64,000 nucleotides of DNA from Octopus sinensis (taxonomy: Eukaryota). Where the stretch lies: NCBI RefSeq assembly GCF_006345805.1, contig NC_043016.1:26412001-26476000 (forward strand), read 5' to 3'. Below, in pieces: positions 53,375 through 64,000 of this stretch. The stretch's first letter is position 1, and every line of letters begins with the position of its first letter. Made by a program: the position numbers and the translations under genes. The notes below the pieces were generated by a model. The model was not told the origin of the DNA. It made no database searches and saw only the letters and a list, made by a program, of their open reading frames with translations.

Positions 53375-56300
53375 CACAGACATATATTTATATGTGCAAA
53401 GATATGTTGTATGCTTTATACACAAAATTTTCATTCTTGTTCATGCATATTGAAACAAAAAGATTTTTTAATTGGCAAAGAAATTAAAATTTAGAACAGT
53501 GGAATAGCAAAAATAAAACAAAAAACACAGTGTAAAAGTAAATATTCTGTAAATAAAGTATATACATTTAAATAGAGTATATATATATATATATATATAT
53601 ATATAAGTTTGTATGTACATATATGCATACATGTATATAATGTTTTTCATGCAAAATATGTATTGATATGATATACCGTAGATCTAACGGTGGCCATTTG
53701 GCAGAACCATTTCAGCATCTGATTGCTTTGTGGTAATTGTTCCAGTTTTCTAGAATCTGAGTTCATATACCACTGAGGTTAACTTTGCTTTTGAGTATTT
53801 GGGGGATGGGGTGGTCAATGAATAGAGTACCGGCTCTGTACTGGGGCTGGGAATGATTTTTCCTTTTCTCTCCACTCTTTCCATTTTTTTTGCATTTGTC
53901 TTTCTCCATTCTAGAAAAAAATTGGCTGTAGCTAGACCCGGAGGGGAATGTGTGAGCAGTGGTCAGGTCTAAAAGTGCCTGAGACACAGCATGTATCATG
54001 ATAGCACCCCTATGACTGCCAAGGAGATGAGGGTGCAAGGCAAAGCAAAAAGAAGTTCTAATGAGAAGCCAATGAATTTTGTGACATTGTGTGACTAGAA
54101 CATTACTAATGACTTCAGACATCATGTTGTATAGTAAAGCTGCTCATCACACAAAATATTTCTTTGATATAGCCACGATGCCACAAATTTTTGAGGAGAG
54201 CTAGACTTGGTTATATTCAACCCCAGCACTTGACTGCTACATTATCTTATTGACCCAAGAAGGAAAAGAATAACAAAGTGAACGCCAACAGGATTTGAAC
54301 ACAACATAAAAAGGATATATAATTATTACCACAATGCATTTTGTCTGATGTTTTACTAAATCTATCAATTCACAGATTCTGAGTTACGAATAATAATAGT
54401 AAAAACTATTTATTTTTTTAATATAAGTGTTAAAAATAAAAATAAAAAACATGTCCCACCCACCTTGTTTTTAATGCAACATTTAAAGAATAATACATAA
54501 GCAGTTTTATCAGCATTGTCTCTTTTATTCATATTTGTAGAAAACTTTCAGTTTGCACCTTTCCTACACCATTTAATGTGAGTGTAACAAAGAAGCAAAA
54601 GGACTAATGACTGCTCGGGAATCAGTGAGTTTGTTTTTGCTTTATGAAAGACGTATTAATAATCAATTGAGATTGTACACATTGCTCTGTTTTTAAATAA
54701 AGATATTTTAACTTTGGCACAAGGCCACACAAATTTGTTGGGAATAGGAATATATTATAGTCAATCGAACTGGCCCAGTATATATAAAACCAGTAACTGG
54801 CTTGTTAGGTCCAGATGGACAAAAAAAAAATAAATAAAATAAAAAGTCATATTCAGTGGGATTTGAATACAGGATATACAGAAATGTAACTGAACACCAC
54901 TAGGCATTTTCACCGATACACTATTATTTCTACCATGGACAACCATTTATGATTTTTATATAAAAAAACAAGCCATTGTTTTACGTAATATGAATTTAGT
55001 GCTGTGTTAATAATAATCTAAAACTGCATTAGGAAAATGCAATGATAGTTTTTTTTTTTCAATATTGATTTCAATTTAATATGAAGGAGATAATGAAAGA
55101 AATGAATGAATCTATTTATTGAAATAAATGTATAAACATTTGTTTAATCCATTATTTGATGGAATATTATTACAACTTTGCACAGATGGATGCATTATTT
55201 GTTATATGATCAAAAGCATAAATAAAGAAAACTCTTTGCAAAAAATAAAACGATAATAATAAAATTCAAAATGTATATGTATTTTGTTTAATGAGGAAAA
55301 AAAAAGGACCTTTCTTTTACATCTTTTTTTTTTTGTCAGAGCAAAAATAACACAAGTATCATTTTTTTTTCTTTTTAAGAAATAATAAAAGAAAGGAAAG
55401 GAATTCATATACAAACAAATATAACTAAAAATATAAATTTTATTATATTTTCTCATTGTTGTTGGTACATTTGAAAAAATTCAGCAATGGGAAATTGTTT
55501 CCACCATCAATGTTATTTTTGATGACCCTTTGTGGCAATCATAATATCATCTTGATGACTTATCAGAGTGATCTTGTGAAATAATTGTTTCTAACACAGA
55601 ACACAAGGTCTGAAATTTGGAGGGAGGAAGAGTAGTCAATTACACTGACACCAGCACATAAAAAGTATTTTATATATTTGACACCGGAGGGATGAAAGGC
55701 AAAGTAAACTTTAATGAGATTTGAACTCAGATCATAAAAATCCCAGAAGGAAGGTATTTTCTCCAGTGCTTTAATGATTCAGCCAAGCCTCTTGCTTTTT
55801 GATCTTGTGAAATAACATAACCAAGACTGTACCATACAGACAGGCTGAATGTCTTATTTCATAGCCAGAGAACAGCTCAGCTATAATTAGTTGCTCTCTC
55901 TCTCTCTCTGTCTCTTACACACACACATACACTCACTCAAGCTTAATATATAGGACAGGCTGAAGGGTAAGTGAAGACCAGTTCCTGATGTTTCGTAAAT
56001 TATGAACGTTTTTTACACAGGCACAAGACCAGGTATTTTTGGAGTGTGAGGGCTTAATGAATTACAGTACTATCTTAAAAAAATTGACTTCATCGGGATT
56101 TGAATCCAGAATATAAAGAACCAGAAGAATTTCTACAAGACTATCTGTCTGATTCTCTTACTAAAGGTTCTACCAGTTGACAGGCCCTTTTTTTAAAAAA
56201 ATTACTATAACAAAGAAGTTTATACTGCTCTTGCAATGAAACAATGTGAGTGAAGAAAAGGACAGCATGGAGTATTTGTGAGACAAATGACACAAGTATG

Positions 56301-56893
56301 GAAAAAAAAAATAAAGTGTTTAAAAAGGCAAGGTCAGGGTGGGGTAATAAAGACAAAAAATAAATACCACAAAAAGAAAAAAAAATTATGACACAGCTTT
56401 AAAAGAACTCGTTATATCAATGGGTAATAAAAACTGAAGACGACAAAGATTAACATTTTATTTTACATAATTACTCACAATTTATAAGACTAACAGCACC
56501 GGCCCTCCCCTCTTACAGACTTTTCCCACCTAGAAAAACATTCTAAATATATATATAATGTGAAAGTTGTAAGATATGTAGATAATGCAATTAGTAATGG
56601 TTGGTTATACAGTCATACTCCCGCACAAACACACACATGTACATTCATATATATATTATATACACACATACACACAAATACTTATGTATACATGTATTTG
56701 CACACTCTGTAACGTTGTTGGCACTAAAAAAGACGTCCAGCTCTAGAAATCATGTTAAAGCAGGCACTAGAGCTTAGCACAGCTTTCTAGCTTGTTGGTT
56801 CCTGTTGAACCATCCAACCCATGCCAGCATGAAAAAGGGATTTTAAATGATAATGATGATAACATATATATATATATATACACACACACATGA

Positions 56894-57060
56894 TAGGCAC
56901 AGGTACGGCTCTGTGGTTAGGAAGCTTGCTTCTCTACCACATGGTTTCAGGTTCAGTCCCACTGCATAGTACCTTGGGAGAGTGTCTTCAACTATAGCCC
57001 CAGGCTGATAAAAGCTTTGGTAGTAGATTTTGTTGACAAAAGCTGAAAGAAGTTCATTGC
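56894..57060 (+). mobile_element. SINE head half, CpG-decayed
   Basis: Homologous to 10158-10324; followed by microsatellites. Confidence 0.72.
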
Positions 57061-57090
57061 GTGCATGTGAGTGAATGAATGAATGAATGA

Positions 57091-57143
<53 letters not shown>

Positions 57144-57669
57144 CATCCTCAGCTTGATATTATGTGATACTTGTGAGTATTGTATCATACAAGTTGTGCC
57201 AACCGTTTTCAATCTTCCAGGAAAAAAACATGTGACCATGTCAAAATGTTACCTTGTTTGGAAACAGGTGGCAATAGGAAGGGCATCCAGCCATAGAAAA
57301 ATCTACCTCAATGAATTCCACCAGAACTATGCAAGCATGAAGAAATGGACATTAAAATGATGATGGTGGTGATGATGAAACACACTTGCATGCAAAATGA
57401 GGTACACCCATTCAGCTATTTCGTAATACTGGCAAATCATTGAGCATCAGAAAATAGGGACTCACTGATAATGATATCGAAAGAAAACTATAAAGGTATA
57501 TACACACACACATACATGTAACATAACAATTTGATGACAGCTTAGCTGAAGTAACTGTCAACAACATTCTTGTTTCAGAATGATAATTTTGTACTCAACA
57601 AAGTATAGAATAACCCATCAGATTAATCTAAAATTGTTTTTATTATAACAGAACATAAAACAAACATTA

Positions 57670-57729
<60 letters not shown>

Positions 57730-58039
57730 AAGGTCATCCAACAGCAGAAACCATGCCAAATTAGACATTGGAGTTTGGCACAGTCCTCTGGCTCGCCTGT
57801 CTCTGTCAAATTATTCAGCCCATGCCAGCATGGAAAAATGGATGATGATGATGATATGTATATAGATATACACACACACACACATAGATATGTATAATAA
57901 CTCTCGTTCTGCAGGATACAGAATTAACAACCTAATGACAGGTGAATGGTAGTCTGTAGAATGAGGAAAAAAAGTGACATAAGTGTAAAGGTATATAAAA
58001 AAAAAAAATACTCTTCTCTAATACAAACATTTTAGGGGC

Positions 58040-59420
58040 ATAAGAATGAACGGAATAGCAATCTGCATAGCCAAAGATCTGAAATAGAAAATATACACCC
58101 TAAGGTAAATGTGGAACGACTTTATTTGCCAAGAAAAGAGGGTGGCCATTGAATCTTACAACTTGAATAGTCACTGAAAACATTTATTTGAAAAATCCTG
58201 ATGACTAGATGCTAAAACTTATCTTAAAGCATAGAAACAAGAAAACCTCATATTCAGTAACAAAAGAGGCAAGGAAACATCTAAGTGAATTCCAAATACA
58301 GAAAGTTCCAGAATTAGATGAACTGGGAACGAGTTCAGAAAAAGCTAAATGCATGAAAACCCGTGTTACAAATGCTGCTTTTAATATTCTCACTGATAAA
58401 TGGAAAGATAAACCACTTCAATGGTCAATACCCAAAGAGAGCTTACAATGCTGATGTTGATAAAGCTCTTACCAATCAATGATCAGTGTTTTCTGGCTTA
58501 AAATTAGAAACAGAAAGGTTTATCATAGCATCCCAGGATCAATACCTACCTACAAGAAGCTACCTGGCCAACATCTTAAAGAGGAGCAGTAGCCCAACAT
58601 GTCATGAATGTAATTAGCAGACTGAAACCATTGATCATATTCTCTCGATGTGCAGCCTTCTTGTACCCTCAGAGTATCTCAAAAGGCATGAGAGTGGCAC
58701 CACAATATATTCACTGGGTTATTTTGCAAGGATCATGAAAAAAACTAGTAGGAACACAAACCACCTCCAAAGCTTGAAAATGATATCTTACTCCTATGGA
58801 ACTTTTCTGTTCAAACTGACAGAATGGTAGATGCAAATACGCCTGACATTTTACTGAAGGATTTCAGACAAAAATCATGCCTGCCCATTGATATAAATCT
58901 GTCAAGACCTACCAAAAATTTGAGCAAATATAAAGATCTTGAAATAGAAATTGGAAAAATATAGAAACTCAAGACTAGAACAATACCTGTTGTCATTGGT
59001 ACCCTCAGAATGATAGCAAAAGAGGCTGATTGTTTCCTATCTCAGATTACAGTAAATTAAAAAAATGGAAGAAATGAAAAAAATTAGTGCCCAGGGGAAC
59101 TGCTCATATCCCACGAAAAAATACTATGTAAGTCCAAAAAGATTTTAATCTGTAAACATTATCAAAAGTACTTTTAAATGTACATAATAGCAAACACCTT
59201 TTACTGACATCTTAACATCACACTATCATCTTATCACCAAACTACTTTTAAGAACTTTTAGTTTTCTTATGTTTTGACAGATATTCTCTAGAAGAATACT
59301 TTGTACAAATTCAAAAACATGGCACAACAACCCTAGTTACAACACTGACTCGAACTTGTATGTTGAGGTCTCTGCTTGAGACTTGGAGTCAACATGTGTA
59401 AAGACAAAACAAAATCATAA
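58040..59420 (+). mobile_element. Dong/R4-type 3' fragment (copy G) with 3' UTR, decayed
   Basis: HPKVNVERLYLPRKEGG, WKDKPL, IIASQDQYLPTR, ETIDHILSMC, PDI, KYKDLEIE, GTAH; ends in an aataataatt tail. Confidence 0.85.
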
Positions 59421-59435
59421 AATAATAATTATATA

Positions 59436-59520
59436 TTTGAACTCAGAATGTAGCGATGGGTGAAATACCGCTAAGCATTTTGCCCAGCATGCTAACGATT
59501 CTGCCAGCTTGACACTTTTC

Positions 59521-59573
<53 letters not shown>

Positions 59574-60005
59574 TAATGATGGTTTCAAATTTTGGCACAT
59601 GGCCAGCAATTTCAAGGGATGGGGTAAGTCAATTAGGTTGACCTCATTGTTCAGCTGGTACTTATTTTATTGACCATGAAAAGATGAAAGGCAAAGTTGA
59701 CTTCGATGGAATTTGAACTTAGAATGTAAAGACAAATGAAATGCTGCTAAACATTTTGCCTGGTGTGCTATCAATTTGAGGAGGAGGGGGAGGAGGAGGA
59801 TTCTTTCTACTAGGGGCACAAGACCTGAAATTTGAAGGGAGGGGACTACTTGATTACATCATGCCTGCTGCTCCACTGGTACTTATTTTATTGACCTCAA
59901 AAAGATGAAAGGCCATGGTGAAATTCAAACTCAGAATGTACAGCCAAAAGAAACGCCACCAAGCATTTTGTCCAGTGTGCTAACGATTCTGCCAACTTGC
60001 TACCT
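59436..60005 (-). mobile_element. Cluster of SINE family 'Y' copies, CpG-decayed
   Basis: gaactcagaatg...ctaacgattctgcca and ggtacttattttattgacc...gatgaaaggc repeated. Confidence 0.75.
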
Positions 60006-61926
60006 TGATGATGATGAAAATATTTTCTAATCTAGGAAGAAGGTTACAAGTTTGTAAGGATGGTGGTGGTGGTGGGGTTTAGAAAATGGTAATGTACTTA
60101 TATGTTATTGGTCCCTATTTTATCAACCCTGAAAAGTTGCAAGTGAAAACAAGACATATCAAGATTTGATTCAGAATGCAAAGTGAAACATGAATAAATG
60201 CTGAGAGTCTTTAATTCAAACAATTTCCAAACAAAATTTTACCCACACCCTTTGAGTAATTCAATAGATTGAATTTATTAATTACCGATTGAGTATTCAT
60301 TCAACTTGTGAGTGCTTGTGTTTGCATGTATAAAACAAATACATATGTATGTATGTATATGTGTGTAGATATATATATATATGTATATATATATAGTTTC
60401 TGTCATGAGAATTTAGAAACTTTAAGAGAACATGAAATAATTCATTTTTAACTGTAGAAATCAAAATATGTAAAACTATAAACAACAGCATGTAAAGATT
60501 TTGAAAAGAAAATGGGTTTTTAACCAAATATTTACATGATTTAATTTATAACTTAATCTACTTTGAATTCTACAGCTAAAAGTAAATTCTATGTATGCAC
60601 ACACATGCTCAAAAGATAAGAAAGACTTATGCCATCTTCATTTTCTTTCATATAATTATGGTATATTACATACCATACTCAGCAAAGCAATATGAGAGAA
60701 GGAGGAGAGAAAGAGAAAGAATAAGAGAAAATGAAGGAGAAATGAGAAGGAATGAAGAAGAGGAGTAATGAGAGTAGAGGGTGAAGTAGAGAGGGATAAA
60801 ATAAATTAAAGGCATATTAAATTGAAAATTTAAAAAACTGTAAGTTTTTTTATACAAGGGCTTTTACACTGACCCCCCCCACACACACACACATACACTT
60901 TATTACCACCCACTATTTTATTGATCATAAAACAGGGTAAAAATCAAAGTATAACTTAGCAGGATTTGAACTTGAAACCAAAACCAGTGCAGAGCATTTC
61001 AATTTCCTCAGCTTAATTAAATAATTCCTGTTTAGTATAAATCAGTGATTTACTACTTAAAAAATGATACCCTAGATCTGGACAAGTAAGAAGTATGTGA
61101 AATGTTGGGATTCAAGTTTTCTCTCTACAGTTAGAAAGAATATTAGTAGGTATTTAATGTAAATGATTATACAAGATCAGGATTCAGTGGGAATTGCACC
61201 GAATCGTGATGGATATGAAATCTGATAATCTACTCCATGTACCATCAGCTGTCACTCCCAAGTGAATATGACTTGCAAGTGACATATGCCATGCTTTGCT
61301 CATTGTTTTAGATGTCTATATAGTTGCAAGCAGAGATAGATACCTTCTTGGTACCGCCCCCTTGAGCCTGTAGAACATCCAAGGTGTGGCTGGTAGAGGC
61401 TGAGAGAGAGAGAGAGAGCATCAGACGTACAGTTGCTAACCGGCACCTAGATGGTTCTCATTACAGCTGAGTAGGCCAGAGCAATGTGAAATGAAGTACC
61501 TTTCTCAAGGACACAATTTCCTACACGGCCCAGGAATTGAAACCATAACAGTATAATCATGATTATAACCATCCTGCTAACCATTAGGCCACACAGTGTC
61601 ACTACTCTAAATATATTCTGTACTTCACCAAGACTAAGATTTGTTGGTTCTGATAACATAATTACTTGTAGTATACACTAGTTGGTTACTTACAACCATT
61701 CCTTACAAAGACAGGGGTTGTTGCTCATCCAGAAAAATTTTTAATAAAAAGTTTGGTGCTGGATGAGATTAAACCATAATTAGCTGAACTAAACCACTCC
61801 ATGAAGTGTGTGTGAGCGCACACATACATACACACACACACACACAAAATATACAAGCATACACAAGCTGTATAGTTAAGAAAAAATAGTAATTCATTCA
61901 ATTTAAAAACCAATCAATCATTTTTC

Positions 61927-61932
61927 TTTATT
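61927..61932 (-). promoter_or_regulatory. Candidate Orai polyadenylation signal (AATAAA)
   Basis: An AATAAA on the minus strand ~710 nt after the stop codon, followed by a GT/T-rich stretch (tgattgattggttttt). The UTR could be longer. Confidence 0.3.
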
Positions 61933-62640
61933 TTCACATGGCTCTTTCTATTATATATATACATCATGAAAAATATATACACATATCTATTTATATATAT
62001 ATATATTTTATGAAAATATAAATCATTTGCATCATTGCGACTTTCAACATGGAGTATTCAATCCATTAAAAAAGGAAAAAGGAAAGCAAGATATACACAC
62101 ACATATGTGTGCGCATATATATATATATATATATATATAAATCATAACAGTTCCAAGACAATATAAACTATTTTCTGAAGTATGTAAATTCTCTTTCTCT
62201 CTCTCTCTCTTTCTATGTCTATCTGTCTCTCTCTTTCTATGTCTATCTGTCTCTCTCTTTCTCTTACACACACACAGACACACAATTCAGAAAGCAGTTT
62301 AGAAAGTATATTTCTAGACCAAAATCATTTTTCTCATCTCATAAAAGATAATGATAAAATTATAAAAAAAAAACAATTTTTTTTAATATATAAAAATATG
62401 AACAATAAAAACAAAATAAACAAAAAATATATAAACTAATAATAGCAACAATAACAACAATAAAAGCTTTTGGAAGAAATAAATACCATCATGAGTATAT
62501 CACAATGTAGTTTCATATTACAATGGCATGGTAAAGATAGATTGCATTCATGGTAGAATTTTACAATCCATAGCATCCAGAACATTTTAGTAGGTGGTAT
62601 GTAATCAAAAGAGAAAAATAAAACAAAGAAGTTAACAATC

Positions 62641-63147
62641 TCAAGGTGATACTCGACCAGGAGTGATTGGTAAAGATATGTCTTGGTCTATCTTGATGAC
62701 AAGTTCTTTCAATTCTTGTAGTTCTCTTTCAGTATGTTCATACTTGTGAGCGACCAAGCGCTTGTAGAAGTGAATTCCAAATATAATAAATAGAATCAAA
62801 ACTGGAATGACAAGTGCTGTGGATGCCATAGCCGCGTTAACGCTAGGTTTATAGAACTTAACCCAAGACAATATTGCAATTTCAACAAGAAACAGCAAAG
62901 TTCCCAGACCAGTGGAGAATCCCCAAGCCATTTCTATATACCATCGCATCTTTTCATGTGGGGATTCTTTCACAGCAGAGAAAGAATTCATGTTACTCAC
63001 AGCCTCGATATTAGGAAGTATGCATGTACTGATCATCAGAGCTATTAAGTGGACAGCAACAAGTAATGTTGTGCAGACACTAAACGCAACTAGAAGACAG
63101 TCTGGCAATGGTGATTTTTCTTCAAATTGTATTTCAACCATAGCAAC
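62641..63147 (-). CDS. Orai: Orai (CRAC channel pore subunit), terminal coding exon: end of TM1, TM2-TM4, C-terminal STIM-binding helix
   Basis: Translates as VAMVEIQF...TTLLVAVHLIALMISTCILP...LLFLVEIAILSWVKF...HFYKRLVAHK...ELQEL*. Has the VAMVE filter motif and equivalents of human ORAI1 H134, E190, P245, LVSHK nexus, L273 and L276. Acceptor ttttaccgtAG|GTTGCTATG (AG at 63149-63148); TGA at 62643-62641. Confidence 0.97.
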   Translation of the reverse strand, partial: VAMVEIQFEEKSPLPDCLLVAFSVCTTLLVAVHLIALMISTCILPNIEAVSNMNSFSAVKESPHEKMRWYIEMAWGFSTGLGTLLFLVEIAILSWVKFYKPSVNAAMASTALVIPVLILFIIFGIHFYKRLVAHKYEHTERELQELKELVIKIDQDISLPITPGRVSP

Positions 63148-63294
63148 CTACGGTAAAAAAAAAAGAAAATATTAAAAAAATAAAGATGTATTAATACACA
63201 AGAAACACATCTTACAACTTAATTAAAATGAACATTTTGCACTTTAAAGACAAACAAATTGGATTTTCTTTTCTGAAAGATTTAGCATTTAAAG

Positions 63295-63551
63295 CAGTGG
63301 TTCTCAACCGTTTTTTGCCTAGGGACCCCATTGATTCCCATTTTACTCGACTGGACCCTAACAAACATTCGATGTTTAAAAAAAGTCCCATTGTATTTTG
63401 ATAATTAAATATTATTGGGAATTGTATAACAAAAATTATTAAAATATTTTGTTTATTGTACAAGTATAACCAATTTATTGCACATAGATTTTAACAGCAA
63501 AATCTTACACGAATACCCAAGGTCCGTGTGGACCCTGGTTGAGAACCAGTG
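63295..63551. mobile_element. hAT (Charlie-like) MITE in Orai intron
   Basis: TIRs CAGTGGTTCTCAACC / GGTTGAGAACCAGTG (1 mismatch). Perfect 8-bp TSD ATTTAAAG at 63287-63294 and 63552-63559. Confidence 0.92.
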
Positions 63552-63624
63552 ATTTAAAGACTACGAAAGACTACCTATTTTGCAAACTGGCTGGGACTAG
63601 TTTTGATGACATTAGTATTTGACA

Positions 63625-64000
63625 GCTGTAAAATTCATACTAGCTTCATTCCTTGTAAGCTTATGCATGTCCTCAGCAGTCACAGCTCATGTTTCACTGC
63701 CATGTAGCATGGCTGTTTGCACATATGTCATACAATCTACCTTTTACTCTGAGCTAGAGGCCCTTTGTCACCAGCAGAGGTAGGAGCTCTCTGAACTTTG
63801 CCCAGGCTATACTTATTCTAGCTACACTCTCAGAGCATCTACCCCCACTACTGACTTGGTCACCTATATAACAGAAGCTATTAACTACTTATAGTTTTTC
63901 CCCTTGGCATGTGACAGAAGCTCTTTTTCGGCTCATTTTCAGTGTTTATTGCTCCTGAGCATTTGCCACACACAAAAACTATCTTCCCAGTTAGCCTTCC
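63625..64000 (-). mobile_element. RTE-clade LINE fragment (post-RT region), decayed
   Basis: Minus strand reads RISIAWAKFRELLPLLVTKGL*LRVKGRLYD...AMLHGSET*AVTAEDM, typical of the RTE RT C-terminus; contains stops. Confidence 0.8.

Noticed and set aside
56479-56529. 51-nt minus-strand exon (tttttctAG...GTGAGT)
   Set aside because: Good splice sites but stops in all three frames; could only be non-coding and is not supportable without RNA data.

Overview
AT-rich, repeat-dominated animal genomic DNA. An octopus or other coleoid cephalopod is my inference from the repeat families. The only host gene I can support is the last coding exon of an Orai Ca2+ channel (62641-63147, minus; TM2-TM4 and C-terminus), whose upstream exon lies beyond the window. 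The rest is a transposon and microsatellite landscape. It includes eight decayed Dong/R4-type RLE retrotransposon fragments, several abutting trinucleotide tracts, and CR1/L2-, L1/Tx1-, HERO- and RTE-type fragments. There are several tRNA-derived SINE families, three non-autonomous Helitrons, hAT/Kolobok/mariner MITEs, a MULE FLYWCH remnant and a 600-bp solo LTR. Best leads: four hammerhead-ribozyme motifs in short Penelope-like repeats, two with an unusual CCGANGA core; a ~550-bp non-coding element sitting in (AAT)n tracts like the Dong elements; and several near-perfect templated inversions. Also notable are a SINE with an internal expandable microsatellite, a sharp switch to CpG-decayed repeats right of the 100-N gap, and Ser at the position of human ORAI1 Cys195. 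Repeat boundaries are by-eye estimates unless TSDs or termini are quoted. All alignments and folds were done by eye.
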